Shown in pieces: positions 40,031-52,553 of a stretch of 64,000 nt of DNA. The notes under the pieces were generated by a model. That model made no database searches and was not told where the DNA came from. It saw only the letters and a list, made by a program, of their open reading frames with translations. Both the position numbers and the translations under genes were made by a program. The DNA is taken from positions 32,550,001 to 32,614,000 of the forward strand of contig NC_043010.1 in NCBI RefSeq assembly GCF_006345805.1, in the 5' to 3' direction. Every line of letters begins with the position of its first letter. Positions within the stretch are counted from its first letter, which is position 1. This DNA is from Octopus sinensis. Lineage: Eukaryota.

Positions 40031-41014
40031 ATAAACCTGCTGCTACTGCCGCTGATGTTGCTGCTGCTGTTGTGATCTCAACATTAGTGAAACATTCCTT
40101 TGATATGGAAGCAGTTAACAAAATCCAGAGGAATAGACACCAATCCTTGTATTAATTTATTATTATCTTATTCATGCAACATTCTTAAATGGATTATAAC
40201 ACTTGTATTGCAAACCGCTTCTTTGTAAATCCCCATTTAAAAAATGTCTTTGTTATTATTACTGACATTTAGTTTTTGTTGTTTTGCTATTTCAGATATA
40301 AGATTGATGTGGTGTTGTTGATGCCCTGCCACAAACTATAGTTTGTGCCATCAATCCTTGACTATAAATGGTCTCCCCTTTCTCTATTTATATATTGTAA
40401 TTAACTATGATATGGGAGCTGAAATGAATATATTGAACTGATTGAAAACTGAACCCCAATAAGCTTAGGAATGTTGATTATAGCCAAAATTTTAATCCAG
40501 TTTCAACTTCAGCATCTGATATATATATATATTCTAGCATTTGCAATTAAAACATACAGTTCTTCATTTTAAAGATAGTCTAAAATTCAGTGGGTGAGGG
40601 ATATGTCTGTTTTATAGATCCTGCAGCAGTATAGTCTCCCATACTGATTCATCAAAACATTTGTTTCCATCAAAGATATTATCATCATCATCATCATTAC
40701 CATCAACACTAATATAAGTGCCTCAGTAGTAATAGGATATACGACCTAGTGTTGTAGGGGGAACTAACTCAACACAACGTATACTAGCTATCATCACACT
40801 ACTGCCATTATGCCATTATACCACTGCCCTTACTACCACATTAAACTCCCACCCTCACCACCATAATACACCATTGAGCTCTCCACATTACACCAGTACA
40901 CCATATTGTCCTTCATCTCTACCACACTACATCACTAAGTTACAGGGATGTAAACAAATTAACAGCTGTTGTCAAGCTGTAGTTCATAGACCTGAAAAGA
41001 AATGCGCTCTGAAA

Positions 41015-42168
41015 CATCATCATCATCATCATCATCATCGTTTAACGTCCACTTTCCATACTAGCATGGGTTGGACGGTTCAACTGGGGTCTGGGAAGCC
41101 TGAAGGCTGCACCAGGCCAGTCAGATCTGGCGGTGTTTCTACAGCTGGATGCCCTTCCTAACGCTAACCACTCCGTGAGTGTAGTGGGTGCTTTTTATGT
41201 GCCACCAACACAGGTGCCAGACGAGGCTGGCGAACGGCCACGCTCGGATGGTGTTTTTTACGTGCCACCGGCATGGAGGCCAGGCGAGGCTGGCACAGCC
41301 ACGATCGGATGGTGTTTGTTATGTGCCACCAGCACAGAGGCCAGTCGATGCGGTGCTGGCTACGGCCATGTTCAGATGGTTCTCTTATGTCCCACCGGCA
41401 CTGGTACCACAAACTAAAAATTCCATTGATGTTGATTGATTTCGATTTCGATTTGATTCTTTGATTTTCACTTGCCTCAACAGGTCTTCACAAGTAGAGT
41501 TATGTGTCCCAAGAAGGAAGGTATGCACCGGTGGACTGACTACGTCCCAGGTAGGGGCCACGGGTTGTGACCTCACTTGTCCTGCCGGGTCTTCTCATGC
41601 ACAGCATACTGCCAATGGTCTCAGTCTCTGGTCATTTCCTCGGTGAGACCTAAAGAGCGAAGGTCGTGTTTCACCACCTCGTCCCAGGTTTTCCTGGGTC
41701 TACCTCTTCCACAGGTTCCCCCAACCGCTAGGGTGTGGCACTTTTTCACACAACTATCTTCATCCATTCTTACCACATGTCCATACCAGCGTAGACGTCT
41801 CTCTTGCACACCACATCTGATGCTTCTTAGGTCCAACTTGTCTCTCAAGGCACTTACACTCTGTCGGGTATGAACACTGACATTACACATCCATCGGAGC
41901 ATACTGGCTTCATTTCTTGCGAGCTTACGTATATCCTCAGCAATCACGGCCCATGTTTCACTGCCATGTAGCATGGCTGTTCGTACACATGCATCATACA
42001 GTCTGCCTTTTACTCTGAGCGAGAGGCCTTTTGTCACCAGCAGAGGTAAGAGCTCTCTGAACTTTGCCCAGGCTATTCTTACTCTAGCAGTTACACTTTC
42101 GGCACGCCCACCCCCGCTACTGACTTGATCACCTAGGTAACGGAAACTATCAACTATTTCTAGTTACA
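41015..42168 (-). mobile_element. 5'-truncated RTE LINE: RT C-terminus plus long 3' UTR and (GAT)n tail
   Basis: ORF 41621..42037 'KGRLYDACVRTAMLHGSETWA...RRLRWYGHVVRM...GRGRPRKTWDEVV'. Continuous through the UTR to catcatcatcgtttaacgtcc on plus. Confidence 0.92.
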
Positions 42169-42195
42169 TTAAAGCAATATCATCATTAAAGCAAT

Positions 42196-42230
<35 letters not shown>

Positions 42231-42812
42231 TTAATATCTGTTTTTCATGCTGGCATGGGTTGGACAGTTTACAGATCAGACTGAGAGCTTTTCACATGGC
42301 ACCAACAGTGGAAAAGCCAGAATGGCCACATCCTTTTGGATGATACTCTCTAGACCTTCAGCCTGACCCTCAACCTGACACCTCCACACTTCTTTGTCTG
42401 ACCAAACTTGACCTCTTCCTCAATTGCTTCTAAGAGGGCTCCACCTCTCAGGGATCAAAAGTTGTCATGTGTCGCCCCTTTCAGTTTCACCTGGAGGTCC
42501 TGGGGAAAAGTCTAATATTGTAGAAGTGTATGTTGAAGAAGGGAGAGATTCTCATATAGCAGTAGTAAAAACTTTCATTCAGGAATGAATAATGTTGAAG
42601 GGAGAGAGACTTTGTAGTGGAAGGATGTTGAGGGAAAAAGAGATCTTAAACAGAAGGTAGGATGTTAAGGTAGTGAGATATAACTACCTTAACAACAGAA
42701 ACAGTAAACTCATAAAAGACAAATTACAACACTTATTGATGTTCTTTTTAACTCCTTTCTAAATCTCACAACTGTTTGTATCTTAATTATTTAACCATTT
42801 TTCTTTCTACAG

Positions 42813-42999
42813 GGGTCTGTGCTGTCAACAAATTACACTATAGATTTTGGAGATGGCACCATCCAGTACTTCCATGGCCCAGATATCTTGAACAGAGAGA
42901 TGAGCCATAGATACTTCAGCCATGGCAGCTACACTATATCAGTGAAAGCTGAAAATGCTAATGGGTCTGCGACGACCAGGTGTTTGGTGCATGCCGAAG
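42813..42999 (+). CDS. SORCS: SorCS-like exon F: first PKD-like domain GSVLSTNYTIDFGDGTIQYF...HRYFSHGSYTISVKAENANGSATTRCLVHAE
   Basis: ttctttctacag| acceptor, g|gtttgc donor, 187 nt phase 0-1. PKD motifs DFGDG and H.Y...G.Y.I.V.A.N. Confidence 0.9.
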
Positions 43000-43318
43000 G
43001 TTTGCTTCATACTATTATTTTGACATGCACACACACACACACACACACACACTTGTACAGAAACACATTGCTGGATGTATACCATTGCTTATACATACAC
43101 GATTGGGGAAATGATAATAATGAATTTTGTAGTGGTGAATATAGTATAGCTAGAGATGCAGGCACGGTTGTGTGGTTTAGAAGTTTGCTTCCCACCCACA
43201 TCCTTTCAGGTTCACTTTCACTGCATGGCACTTAGGACAGCTGTCTTCTACTATAAACCTGACCTAACAAAAGTTTTGTGCGTGGATTTGGTAGATAGAA
43301 ACTGAAAGAAACCTGCCA

Positions 43319-45016
43319 GTCACCTGTTCACCTACCAGTCTGGTGGACACACTAGTCAGATTGACTACATTCTCACCAGGAAATAGGAAAGATGGCTACT
43401 TATAAATGCCAAAACCTTCCCAGATGAAGAACGCACCCCACAACATAGGTTAGTAGTTAGTGACTTCAGGATCAGGGCTAAATGGCTGCCCAGAAGATGA
43501 CCAGCATGGAAAAGGTGGGTCTGGAGGCTTAAGAATCCTGTGAATAGACAGAGATTTAGAGATGTATTACTTGAAGCTTTTGACAAAAAGAGGAGGATAT
43601 AGCATCATATAATAATATATGATAATGAAATTATTGTATAATATGGAAGACAACTGGAGGTTCCTACGGAACAACCTGTTGAGGGCTACTGACCAGATAT
43701 GTAGATGGTGTAAAATTCCATCTCAACCTAAGGTAACATGGTGGTGGAAATATGTAGTTGACAGGGCCATTAGGGAAAAGAAACAGGCATGGAAGGACTG
43801 GAAGAGTGGTGGTAGCAGGGAACTGTATCAGATCGCCAGAAGGGAAGCTAGGAGACAGGTTTACTTAGCCAGAGGGTAAGCAGGTAAGAAAAAAATTGCC
43901 AATGTTCTGCATTATGCAAACCAAAGACTTGAAGTGTTTTGTGTTGCAAAGAGAATCATGATGTCATAGGAGAGAAATGTATCTGCATGGATGATGGCTC
44001 ACTTGTAGTTAATGAGGCTATAAAGAGAAAGACTTGGAGAATCCACTATGAAAGGTTGCTAAATGAAGAGAGTGAATGGGAGAAAGAGTGTCTGCCAAAT
44101 GTCAATCCAACATAGGAACCAGCTATCTAAATTGACGGCAGCTTGGTAGATAAAGCAATTAAGGGTATGAAGACAGGGAAAGCCCTCAGCCCATCAGGAA
44201 TCACTGCAGATATGCTTAAAATATCTGGTGGTGTAGGCTATAGTCTAGTCACCCATATAGTCAACCAGGTGATACATGAAGGAGTCATACCCAATGACTG
44301 GTGTAGTAGCACCATAGTCAACTGCTACAAAGGTAAAGGTAACACGTTAGATAGGAATAATTACAGAGGTATTAAATTGTTGGATCAGACGATGAGAGTC
44401 ATGGAGAGGGTCATAGCTCAACTAATTAGAGAGAGAATTAGTTTAGATGAGATGCAGTTTGGGTTTGTGCCAGGAAGAAGCACCACTGATGCTATATTTC
44501 TGATAAGACAGCTGCAGGGGAAAGCCTTTGACATGGAAAAAGCCTTTGACAGGTTACCACAGTTCCTTATCTAGTGTTCAATGTGGAAACTGGAGATAGA
44601 TGAGTGGTTAGTGAAAGCTGTACAAGCCATGTACAGGGATGCTGTCAGTAAGGTGAGGGTTGGCTATGAGTATAGTGAAGAATTCCAGGTAGGAGTGGGT
44701 CCATCAAGGATCAGTCCTTAGCCCCCTCTTATCATAGTCCTCCAGGCAATAACAGAGGCATTCAAGACAAGATGCCCCTGGGAGCTCCTCTATGCTGATG
44801 ACCTTGCTCTAATAGCTGAGTCACTACCAGAACTAGAGAAGTTTCAGGTGTGGAAGGAAGGTCTAGAATTGAAGGGCATTAGCGTCATTCTAGCAAAAAC
44901 CAAAGTCTTAGTAAGTAGGAAGGCAGACAAATCACAAATCTATTCAGGTAGATGGCCCTGCTCGATCTGCAGAAAAGGTGTAGGTAGAAACTCCATAAGA
45001 TGTATCCAGTGTAAGC

Positions 45017-45017
<1 letters not shown>
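43319..45017 (+). mobile_element. RTE LINE internal fragment (end of APE linker and RT), cut by a (CA)n tract
   Basis: ORFs 43619..43879 and 44143..44574 'CYKGKG..LDRNNYRGIKLL...QFGFVPGRSTTDAIFLIRQLQ...DMEKAFDR'; LLYADDL at about 44785; in-frame stops. Confidence 0.92.
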
Positions 45018-45066
<49 letters not shown>

Positions 45067-46177
45067 ACACACACACACACACATACACACATACATACAT
45101 ACATAGTTTTTAAAGAGAGAAAGCACTACAGGAATTTAATTCCAAGAGATGCCTTCAGCTTTTTCATTTAAAGGTTTTGTAAGGACCACATAGCTAGCAA
45201 AAGCAGCAATGCAATTATCAATTATGTAATCATTGCACTCCTCCTCACTAAATAAATCCCTATATCAATACAGCAGTTTGTGCACAGGTGGCCTGAAATA
45301 TCCTTCTGATTATTTTCTCTAAGTTTAAATTCTCTCTAATGAAATCATTAATGAATGATAATTAATAAATCATTAATAAATGATATCACTAACTTACTAT
45401 TTGAGCTCTTATCCACTATGATATTCAGAAATCAAAGGAAGAAAAATCTCTGAAAATAATTTACTTAATAAGAGAGAAAAAGGTAAAAAGTATATGGAGT
45501 AAACAGGAAGTCTTTTCACAAGAAACACCTCCTAAAATAAGGTTAAACTTTGTTTCACCTAAACTGCAACACTGGATTGCAGTTACATTTAGTTCAGAAC
45601 TCAGTGACAGTTGTAATTAGTTGCAATATAGGATTTATGAGTTAAGGTGGTAGAATGTAATTAGAAGGAAATTTTATTGCTATTTCCAGCAGGTTGAGTA
45701 ATTTCTTTAGGTTGTTGTTATATAAAGCTGTTTTTCTTTAAATAGGTTTATCATTTAATTTAATCAGATTCATTGTAACTGTAACACCCACTTCCATCTG
45801 CTAACACAATATTTAACTTTAAAAAATGTTTTAAATGATTTCATTGTTTTGTTAAAGCTAATGTTATATCTTTCTTGCATTTTAGTTGCATTGTGTGTTT
45901 TTTGTTTTCAAAAGATTTTTACTGTTTTTCAAGATTTTACTCATATCTATGTAAGCAAATGTTGAAGTATTGGAGGTGAAAATTAACTGTAGATATCTAT
46001 TATCACTAATGTAAGATTAACTGTCAACACTGTTTAAAGAAAAATACTACAGCTAAGATTACAAAAGCTGTATTGTTTTGTGCTAAATAAAAATATAAAA
46101 ACATTTATCTGAACTTGCTGTGTTTCCCAGTCTATCGGTATTCTATTCTAAAATAACCTGTATGTTCAAAATTTCAG

Positions 46178-46320
46178 ATGAAATTGAAGAATTTAATGTG
46201 GAGAGTCTTAATGGTGTTCAGACACACCATCCTGTTTTGTTCAAAACTACTGTCAGTGGCAGGCATATGTCAACATCAAACATTGGTGATGTACACTATG
46301 TATGGCATTTTGGGGATGAG
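46178..46320 (+). CDS. SORCS: SorCS-like exon G: DEIEEFNVESLNGVQTHHPVLFKTTVSGRHMSTSNIGDVHYVWHFGDE (second PKD, N-half)
   Basis: atttcag| acceptor, gag|gtaagg donor, 143 nt phase 1-0. Y.WHFGD PKD motif. Confidence 0.88.
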
Positions 46321-48402
46321 GTAAGGAAACCCTTCAACAAGTGTTGTTGTTGTTGTTGTTATTTTATTTTTTTTATTTGTTAGATGCATAAGTCAAAATA
46401 ATTAGTTGTGTAAAGCACTGAACTACTTATGTTTCATAGTTTATAAAATAAATTCAAATACGGTGCCCCAGCATGGCCGCGGCCTTTGGGCTAAAACATT
46501 TTTTAGGATTTTACGTGTCTTTCATTATGTCAGTGGATGCAAAACGTTTGTCTTTTTATGGCTCAACCAGAAGAGAAAAGGCAAAGCCTTTGACCCTTTT
46601 TAAAGTGTCTATAACTGGTGGAAGGTATGAAAGGAAGGCAGGAAAGGTATAAGTTAACCTCAGACAGGAGACATTACCTGAATTCTTACATCAGAATAGA
46701 CTCAGCTAAAGGTATGCAAGAGTCACATGGTGTTAAATTAGGCAATGCATTTAATTTACCCCACCAAAACAGTAGCAGTCAATCAGACATGTTCCCACTG
46801 TTTCCAGCCACCAACTTTTGTTCACAAGATTTTGATTAATCAAAGGCTATGGCAGCATATACTTGCCTAAGGTGCCATGCAGCAGGATTAAACTATCTAT
46901 AATGAATATTAATGTCTGGTAGTAAAGCTTAGACTTGACATACTCGATGCAGTAAATTGACTGAACTATTAGAGTGCTGGATAGAATGCCTCACAAAATT
47001 TGTTCTGACACTCTATGTCTGAGTTCACATCCTGCCTGTATCAACTAAGCCATCCTTTTGGAGTTGATAAGAAGTACTAAACCAGGACAGTGGATTTGTA
47101 GAACTTATAGGTGGTCAGGCAAGATGCTTTGCATTATTTGTTCCAACACTTTGAATTCTAACATCAATGCCCATGATCACACTGATGCAGAGCTATATCA
47201 AGCCCAAGTTGGCTGTCTTACCCTTGGCTAAACATCAATGGTATGGAAAGGGGAGACTTGTATGGATGAGCAACTGTCTGTCTTTTTCAAAGAAATATTA
47301 CCCAAGACTGCACATATGTGTACAGATGCATGGTAAACTTTGATCAACATTTGCCCTATGTAGTGATAGACTAGCTGTCTAAAATAGGTAACACATATTT
47401 ATGCATTAAATTTGCATTTATAAGTTATGAGCAAAATATGAGCATAAATGGAAACAAATGTAGGAAGAAATTATTATCAATTTATTGATAAATAATTATT
47501 AACAACTAGCTCTCCATTTTCTTCTCTTAATTTAATATGGATTATATACTTAATCTATGCCTATTGATTTAGGGAAATTTTATTTCCCAAAGATATAAGG
47601 TATAGAACTAGTGTTTTCTCGGATATAATCATCCCTTTAAGAGGTTAATATATTCTCTAATTAACTTAGAGGGGTGGCTGTGTGGTAAGAAGCTTGCTTC
47701 TCAATCACATGGTTCTGGATTCAGTCCCACTGAATGGCATCTTAGGCCAACCAAAACCTTGTGAGTGGATTTGGTAGATGGAAACTGAAAGAAGCCTGTC
47801 GTATGTGTGTATGTATGTATGTATGTGTGCATGTATGTATGTGTGTCTGTGTATATATGTATTTGTGTTTCTGTGTTTGTCCCCACCACCATCGCTTGAC
47901 AACTGATGTTTGTGTGTTTATGTACACATAACTTAGCGGTTCAGCAAAAGAAACCGATAGACTAAGTACTAGGCTTACAAAGAATAAGTCCTGGGGTTGA
48001 TTTATTCGACTAAAAGGCGGTGCTCCAGTATGGCCGCAGTCAAATGACTGAAACCAGTAAAAGAGTAAAAGAATATATATATTTGGCAGGCTTTTGCATA
48101 GACTCTGTCAACTAATTCCCCCAAGCTGCTGTACAAGGGGGATTATACCAAGAAACTTAGCTGCAAATCAAACGTTTTAACTGCAAAGACATACCTGAGG
48201 GAGATTTGGTTACTATTTCTAGCAAGAAGTGTAAATAGAAAGGCTTCATTCACTGGCTTTATTAACATAGTGATTTAATTGCTGTGTTCTCAATTGTTAT
48301 AGCATCATCATTTTGTTTAATATTGGTAAAAGTGGAGATATTTATGCCCCATCCAGAGAAACTAATATTTCTGTGTCTTCTCTCTTTATTAAGAAATTAC
48401 AG

Positions 48403-48529
48403 TTACCTCTATTGACATGGAAAAGGAATGTTAGTCATGTGTATATGGAACCTGGTGCCTATACAGCAACAGTTGAAGCCATCAATTCTGTCAGTTCAGC
48501 CTACGTACAGATCCCTCTACAAGTTTACA
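48403..48529 (+). CDS. SORCS: SorCS-like exon H: LPLLTWKRNVSHVYMEPGAYTATVEAINSVSSAYVQIPLQVY (second PKD, C-half)
   Basis: ttacag| acceptor (alternative in-frame aag| start at 48394), a|gtaagt donor, 127 nt phase 0-1. H.Y..PG.YT.TV.A.N.VS PKD motif. Confidence 0.87.
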
Positions 48530-48768
48530 GTAAGTTATACCACCAAGGAACATTATGCTGAATCAGCATTTTGATCCATGCTCCTTTTTGGTTGTTGATT
48601 TTTGCTTCAGTTTGTCTTGATGTTTTGTTTGTGTGTGTGTGTGTACTCTGTATCCCTTTGTCCCCTCTGTGTTTAGCCCTTTGTGGGTAGTAAAGAAATA
48701 TATATATGTATATGTATGTGAGTGTGATATATATATATATACATATAGGGAGAGTTTACGAAAAAAGC

Positions 48769-49070
48769 AACAGACGAAGACAGGTGGTGTACAAAACAAT
48801 CAGATGTATTAGTATAACGCTCAGGAATAGAAAAAGTCTTTTACGTTTTGAGTCTACGCTCTTCTACAGAAAGGGACACAGAAAAAACAAGGAGAGAAAA
48901 AAATGTGTGTAGTGGCTAACGATCTATCATAAAACAGAGTAACACTGTTAGTCAGATAGGTAGACAATAAAATAAAATAAAATAGGATAAGATACAATAA
49001 AGGGGTGGGGATGGAAGAGAATAAAATAAAGGGAAACAATATAGAATACAATAAAGGTAGTAGAATGCAA
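48769..49070 (-). mobile_element. Penelope-like terminal (pLTR) fragment with hammerhead-like core
   Basis: Minus strand: ctttctgtagaagagcgtagactcaaaacgtaaaagact. PLE termini are known to carry minimal hammerheads; the family assignment is inferred. Confidence 0.5.
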
Positions 49071-49382
49071 GGAGGTTAATTTTCTGTAGTAGGTTGGTGG
49101 ATATAAAAATGTTTTAGAAGATCACAGGAATAAAAGCTTTAAAGGTTTAAAGGTTCGTGGATATAAATTTTTTTATTAAATTTTATAAGTTTAAATTTTT
49201 TTTTACGGTTTGAAAGTTTAAGGATGTATAAAAGGCTTGTGGACATGGAAGTAGTCATCAAAGTAGATAGGTAGGTTGATGGATAGACAGACATATCAAT
49301 GGGTTGATAGCTACATAGACAGATGAATGCATGGATTGATGGATGGATAGATCATCATAATCATCATCAATATATATCTGTA

Positions 49383-49445
<63 letters not shown>

Positions 49446-49470
49446 GTGTGTGTGTGTGTATGTGTGTGTA

Positions 49471-50410
49471 TCATTCACACATGGTAGTGTGTAATATTCT
49501 TAAGGTCAACATTTACTCACTTGTGGCAAATTCTAGGCTTTCTAACTAACTCAGTTTTGAATCAAATTAGATGATATTTACATTTTTAGATTGGCCAAAC
49601 CCTAAGCTACATTTTGAACTGCAAAATTTGAAAATTGCTTTAGTAGAAAAAAGGTTTCAGTAAAATATGTGACGTCAAAAACAAGAGAGTAATGTCTGAA
49701 ATCGACTTTGAATGTAAATTTTTTTTTTAAAAAAAAGGAAACCTGTATTTTATTTTAGCTTATATGATAAATCTCAGTGAGATTAATCTATCCATGTTGC
49801 TTATATGGAAAAATATTCAGTAAAAAAAAAGTACTGAGGTAAAAACTGATGAAAAAAGATTAACACCTGAAATCAATTTTGACTCCAATATTATTGTTGT
49901 TTCAAAAGAAAACTATTTAGATTCAACTTTTCTGATAGATCTCCACCAGAGGAATCTGATGATGCCAATTATATCAAAAACAATTGAAAAAAAAAACTAC
50001 TGGGGCCAAATGTGCTGAAAAAAATGGTAACGCCTAAAATCAATTTCAAAACCTACAATCTTTTTTTTTTTGACCTTATATGATAGAACTCATCGAGATG
50101 AGTGCTAATCTTTTCAAAAAAATATCATTTACATACTACCGTGTGTGAATAATTTTCCTAAGGTCAACATTTACTCATTCACAACAGCTTCTAGGCTTTA
50201 TCACTAACTCAATTTTTAACAAAGTTGGATGATATTTACATTTTGAGATTGGTCTCATCAAAACTACATTTTGAGCTAAGAAATTTGAAAATTGGTTCAG
50301 TAGAAAACAAGTTTGAGTCAAATATGTGAGGTCACAAACAGGAGAATAACACCTGAAATCAACTTTGAGTCTGAAACGTTTTTATTTCAAATAAATCTAC
50401 ATTTTATTTT
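49471..50410. repeat. Complex repeat: short inverted termini, ~170-bp degenerate subunits and a ~260-bp direct duplication
   Basis: 49471-49498 is inverted to 50123-50151; 49499-49760 recurs at 50158-50410; the taac.cct.aaatc.att unit occurs near 49690, 49861 and 50029. Confidence 0.7.
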
Positions 50411-52517
50411 CTATTTTGAGGAGGAATTTTTATTAAACAAATGAAAGCAAAGCATTTATTACAACGACCAAAGTTGTAAGAACTTCTGAAATTTTAATAG
50501 GCTTTTGTTTGTTTTTAAACTTTAATTCAATATTAAAAGTAGCAGAATTTAGAATATTATTTCTTAGAGCAAATTGACAAGGTTTTTGCTTTCAGATAGT
50601 ATGATTGGATTTTCAGAGCAGCAGGATTCAGATTTTTTTATTTTCAGGCAAGTTGACAAGAACAGTAGCTGAATTACTGAAAACAGTAGCTTTATTCTTA
50701 TTTTGGATGAATTTCAACCAACAAACTAACTTTGCTCTAGCAAGGGAAGGTGGCTCCTTCTGCCTTACTGTGGATGCATTAGCTATTTTTGCATTTTTTA
50801 AAATTTTGTATTAGCCATGGCTTTACTATTCATATGACCAGATTCTTTTCTTACTATATAGTTGATATATTCTCATACCTTTTCTTGCTAACTCTTCTTA
50901 CTATATATAGATATAGCTCAATTATTTCTTGATTTTATATTAAAATTTGTATTACATTAATATTCACTACTATATAGAAAATTATTTTGCAAAATGAATT
51001 TTCACTCTTTCTTTTTTGGCATGTTTGCATTATGCACTTTGTTTCAATATAAAAATTGTATATACAGTGAAGATATAGGATCTGATTTTTTTACAATTAT
51101 AATTACATTCCTCATTCATAAAGTTCTTATTTTAATTCAATCATCAACAATGAAAAATAATTCAAATATTTTTAACAAAAAAATATTTATTAGTTTTATT
51201 GCATTGCCTGTAAGAAAAGTGGATTACAATGAAAAGTGCAGGCACACGCATGTTAATTAAAATACATTATATTAGGTAAATTTGAGATAATTCATCTTAT
51301 TCATGAGAATCTAAAAAACAAGTAAATCTTTAAAAGCATGGTACAAAAATAATCAAAAATAAATTTAAACAAAAAGGATTTTAAAAATCATGTCTTTTGA
51401 AATATACAATTAAAATAGCCATTTTATTTAGTTGTATCATGTTCAAACAATAAAATATGAAGGAATTACAACCATGTTTCGTGTCTGCTACCACAACAGC
51501 TCCTTTATAGGATCCAGTTAGCTCAAGACATCATCAGGAGGAACTACGTCTGGTTTCGGCCCCTACTCCTCTACCATTTTGACATGGCAGGCCCTCCACC
51601 CTTTCGAAGGTGTCTTCAGCTCTGGTGTTGGGTACATGTCTTCTTTCTTCTGTTCTCTGGCCTCTTCAATGTAGCGTCAATGAGTATCAGCAGGCGACTG
51701 ACTGACTTGTCAAATTTTTTCCCTTTAAATACCTGCTAGGCAGCCCCAGCAAGTTGTCACGTGACACCGTCTCAACTTTTAAACTTTAATTAAAATATTT
51801 AATTAAATAAAATTTCACAAGATTTCTTTTTTTACTTGAATTACATTGATTGCAGTAGAATGGTCATATAGTTTTCAAATCAACCATATGCTCAGTCATT
51901 TTTTCCACATTAAAAAAAATTAATCTGAGAAATAAATCATAACTAAAATTTATTAGTTAGCATTAATACAGAAGACTTAGCCTAATTTGGCTTTGGCTAA
52001 TTCATTACTTCACTTAATTCGTCACTTTCAATTTTCTCTTTGGGATGACTAATTAAGCAAATTCAACTATATTGTTTTTTAAATTAATTTTATATTATTT
52101 CATTTTTAAAATACTGCTTTTTTCCAAAAATAAGCCCATGGGTCTAAGTACAGACTTAAATAATTTTGCTTAAATAATTTCTTTTCTGAAAATAATAAAA
52201 ATTACTGGAGCTATACATGAAAAGACTTTAAATCAGATGGGCTTACTTTTGGAAAAACCGAGTAATGTTTTTATAATTGTTGTTTCAATAAAATATAGTA
52301 AATTTTAAAAATGTTATTCTCAGCTGTAATATTTTAAGTACAGTAGAATTTTAATTTTAAGTACTTTTTAGTTTCCTTTAAAGGTGTAGAAATCTTGTTC
52401 TGTACTTTTCCAGGTGTAATAACTCAAGTATATTAACATGCATGTTCCCACATTTTTCATTGTAATATATATATGTGTGGATGGATGGACAGACAAATAA
52501 ATAGATAGAAAGACAGG

Positions 52518-52553
<36 letters not shown>

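Noticed and set aside
41196-41410. CRISPR-like look of hairpin repeats separated by variable segments
   Set aside because: The 'spacers' are homologous to each other, the array lies in a LINE 3' UTR in eukaryotic DNA, and there are no cas genes.
50605-50814. 69-aa plus ORF as an extra SorCS exon
   Set aside because: Exons H and I already join in phase with the expected homology; this ORF has no family motif.
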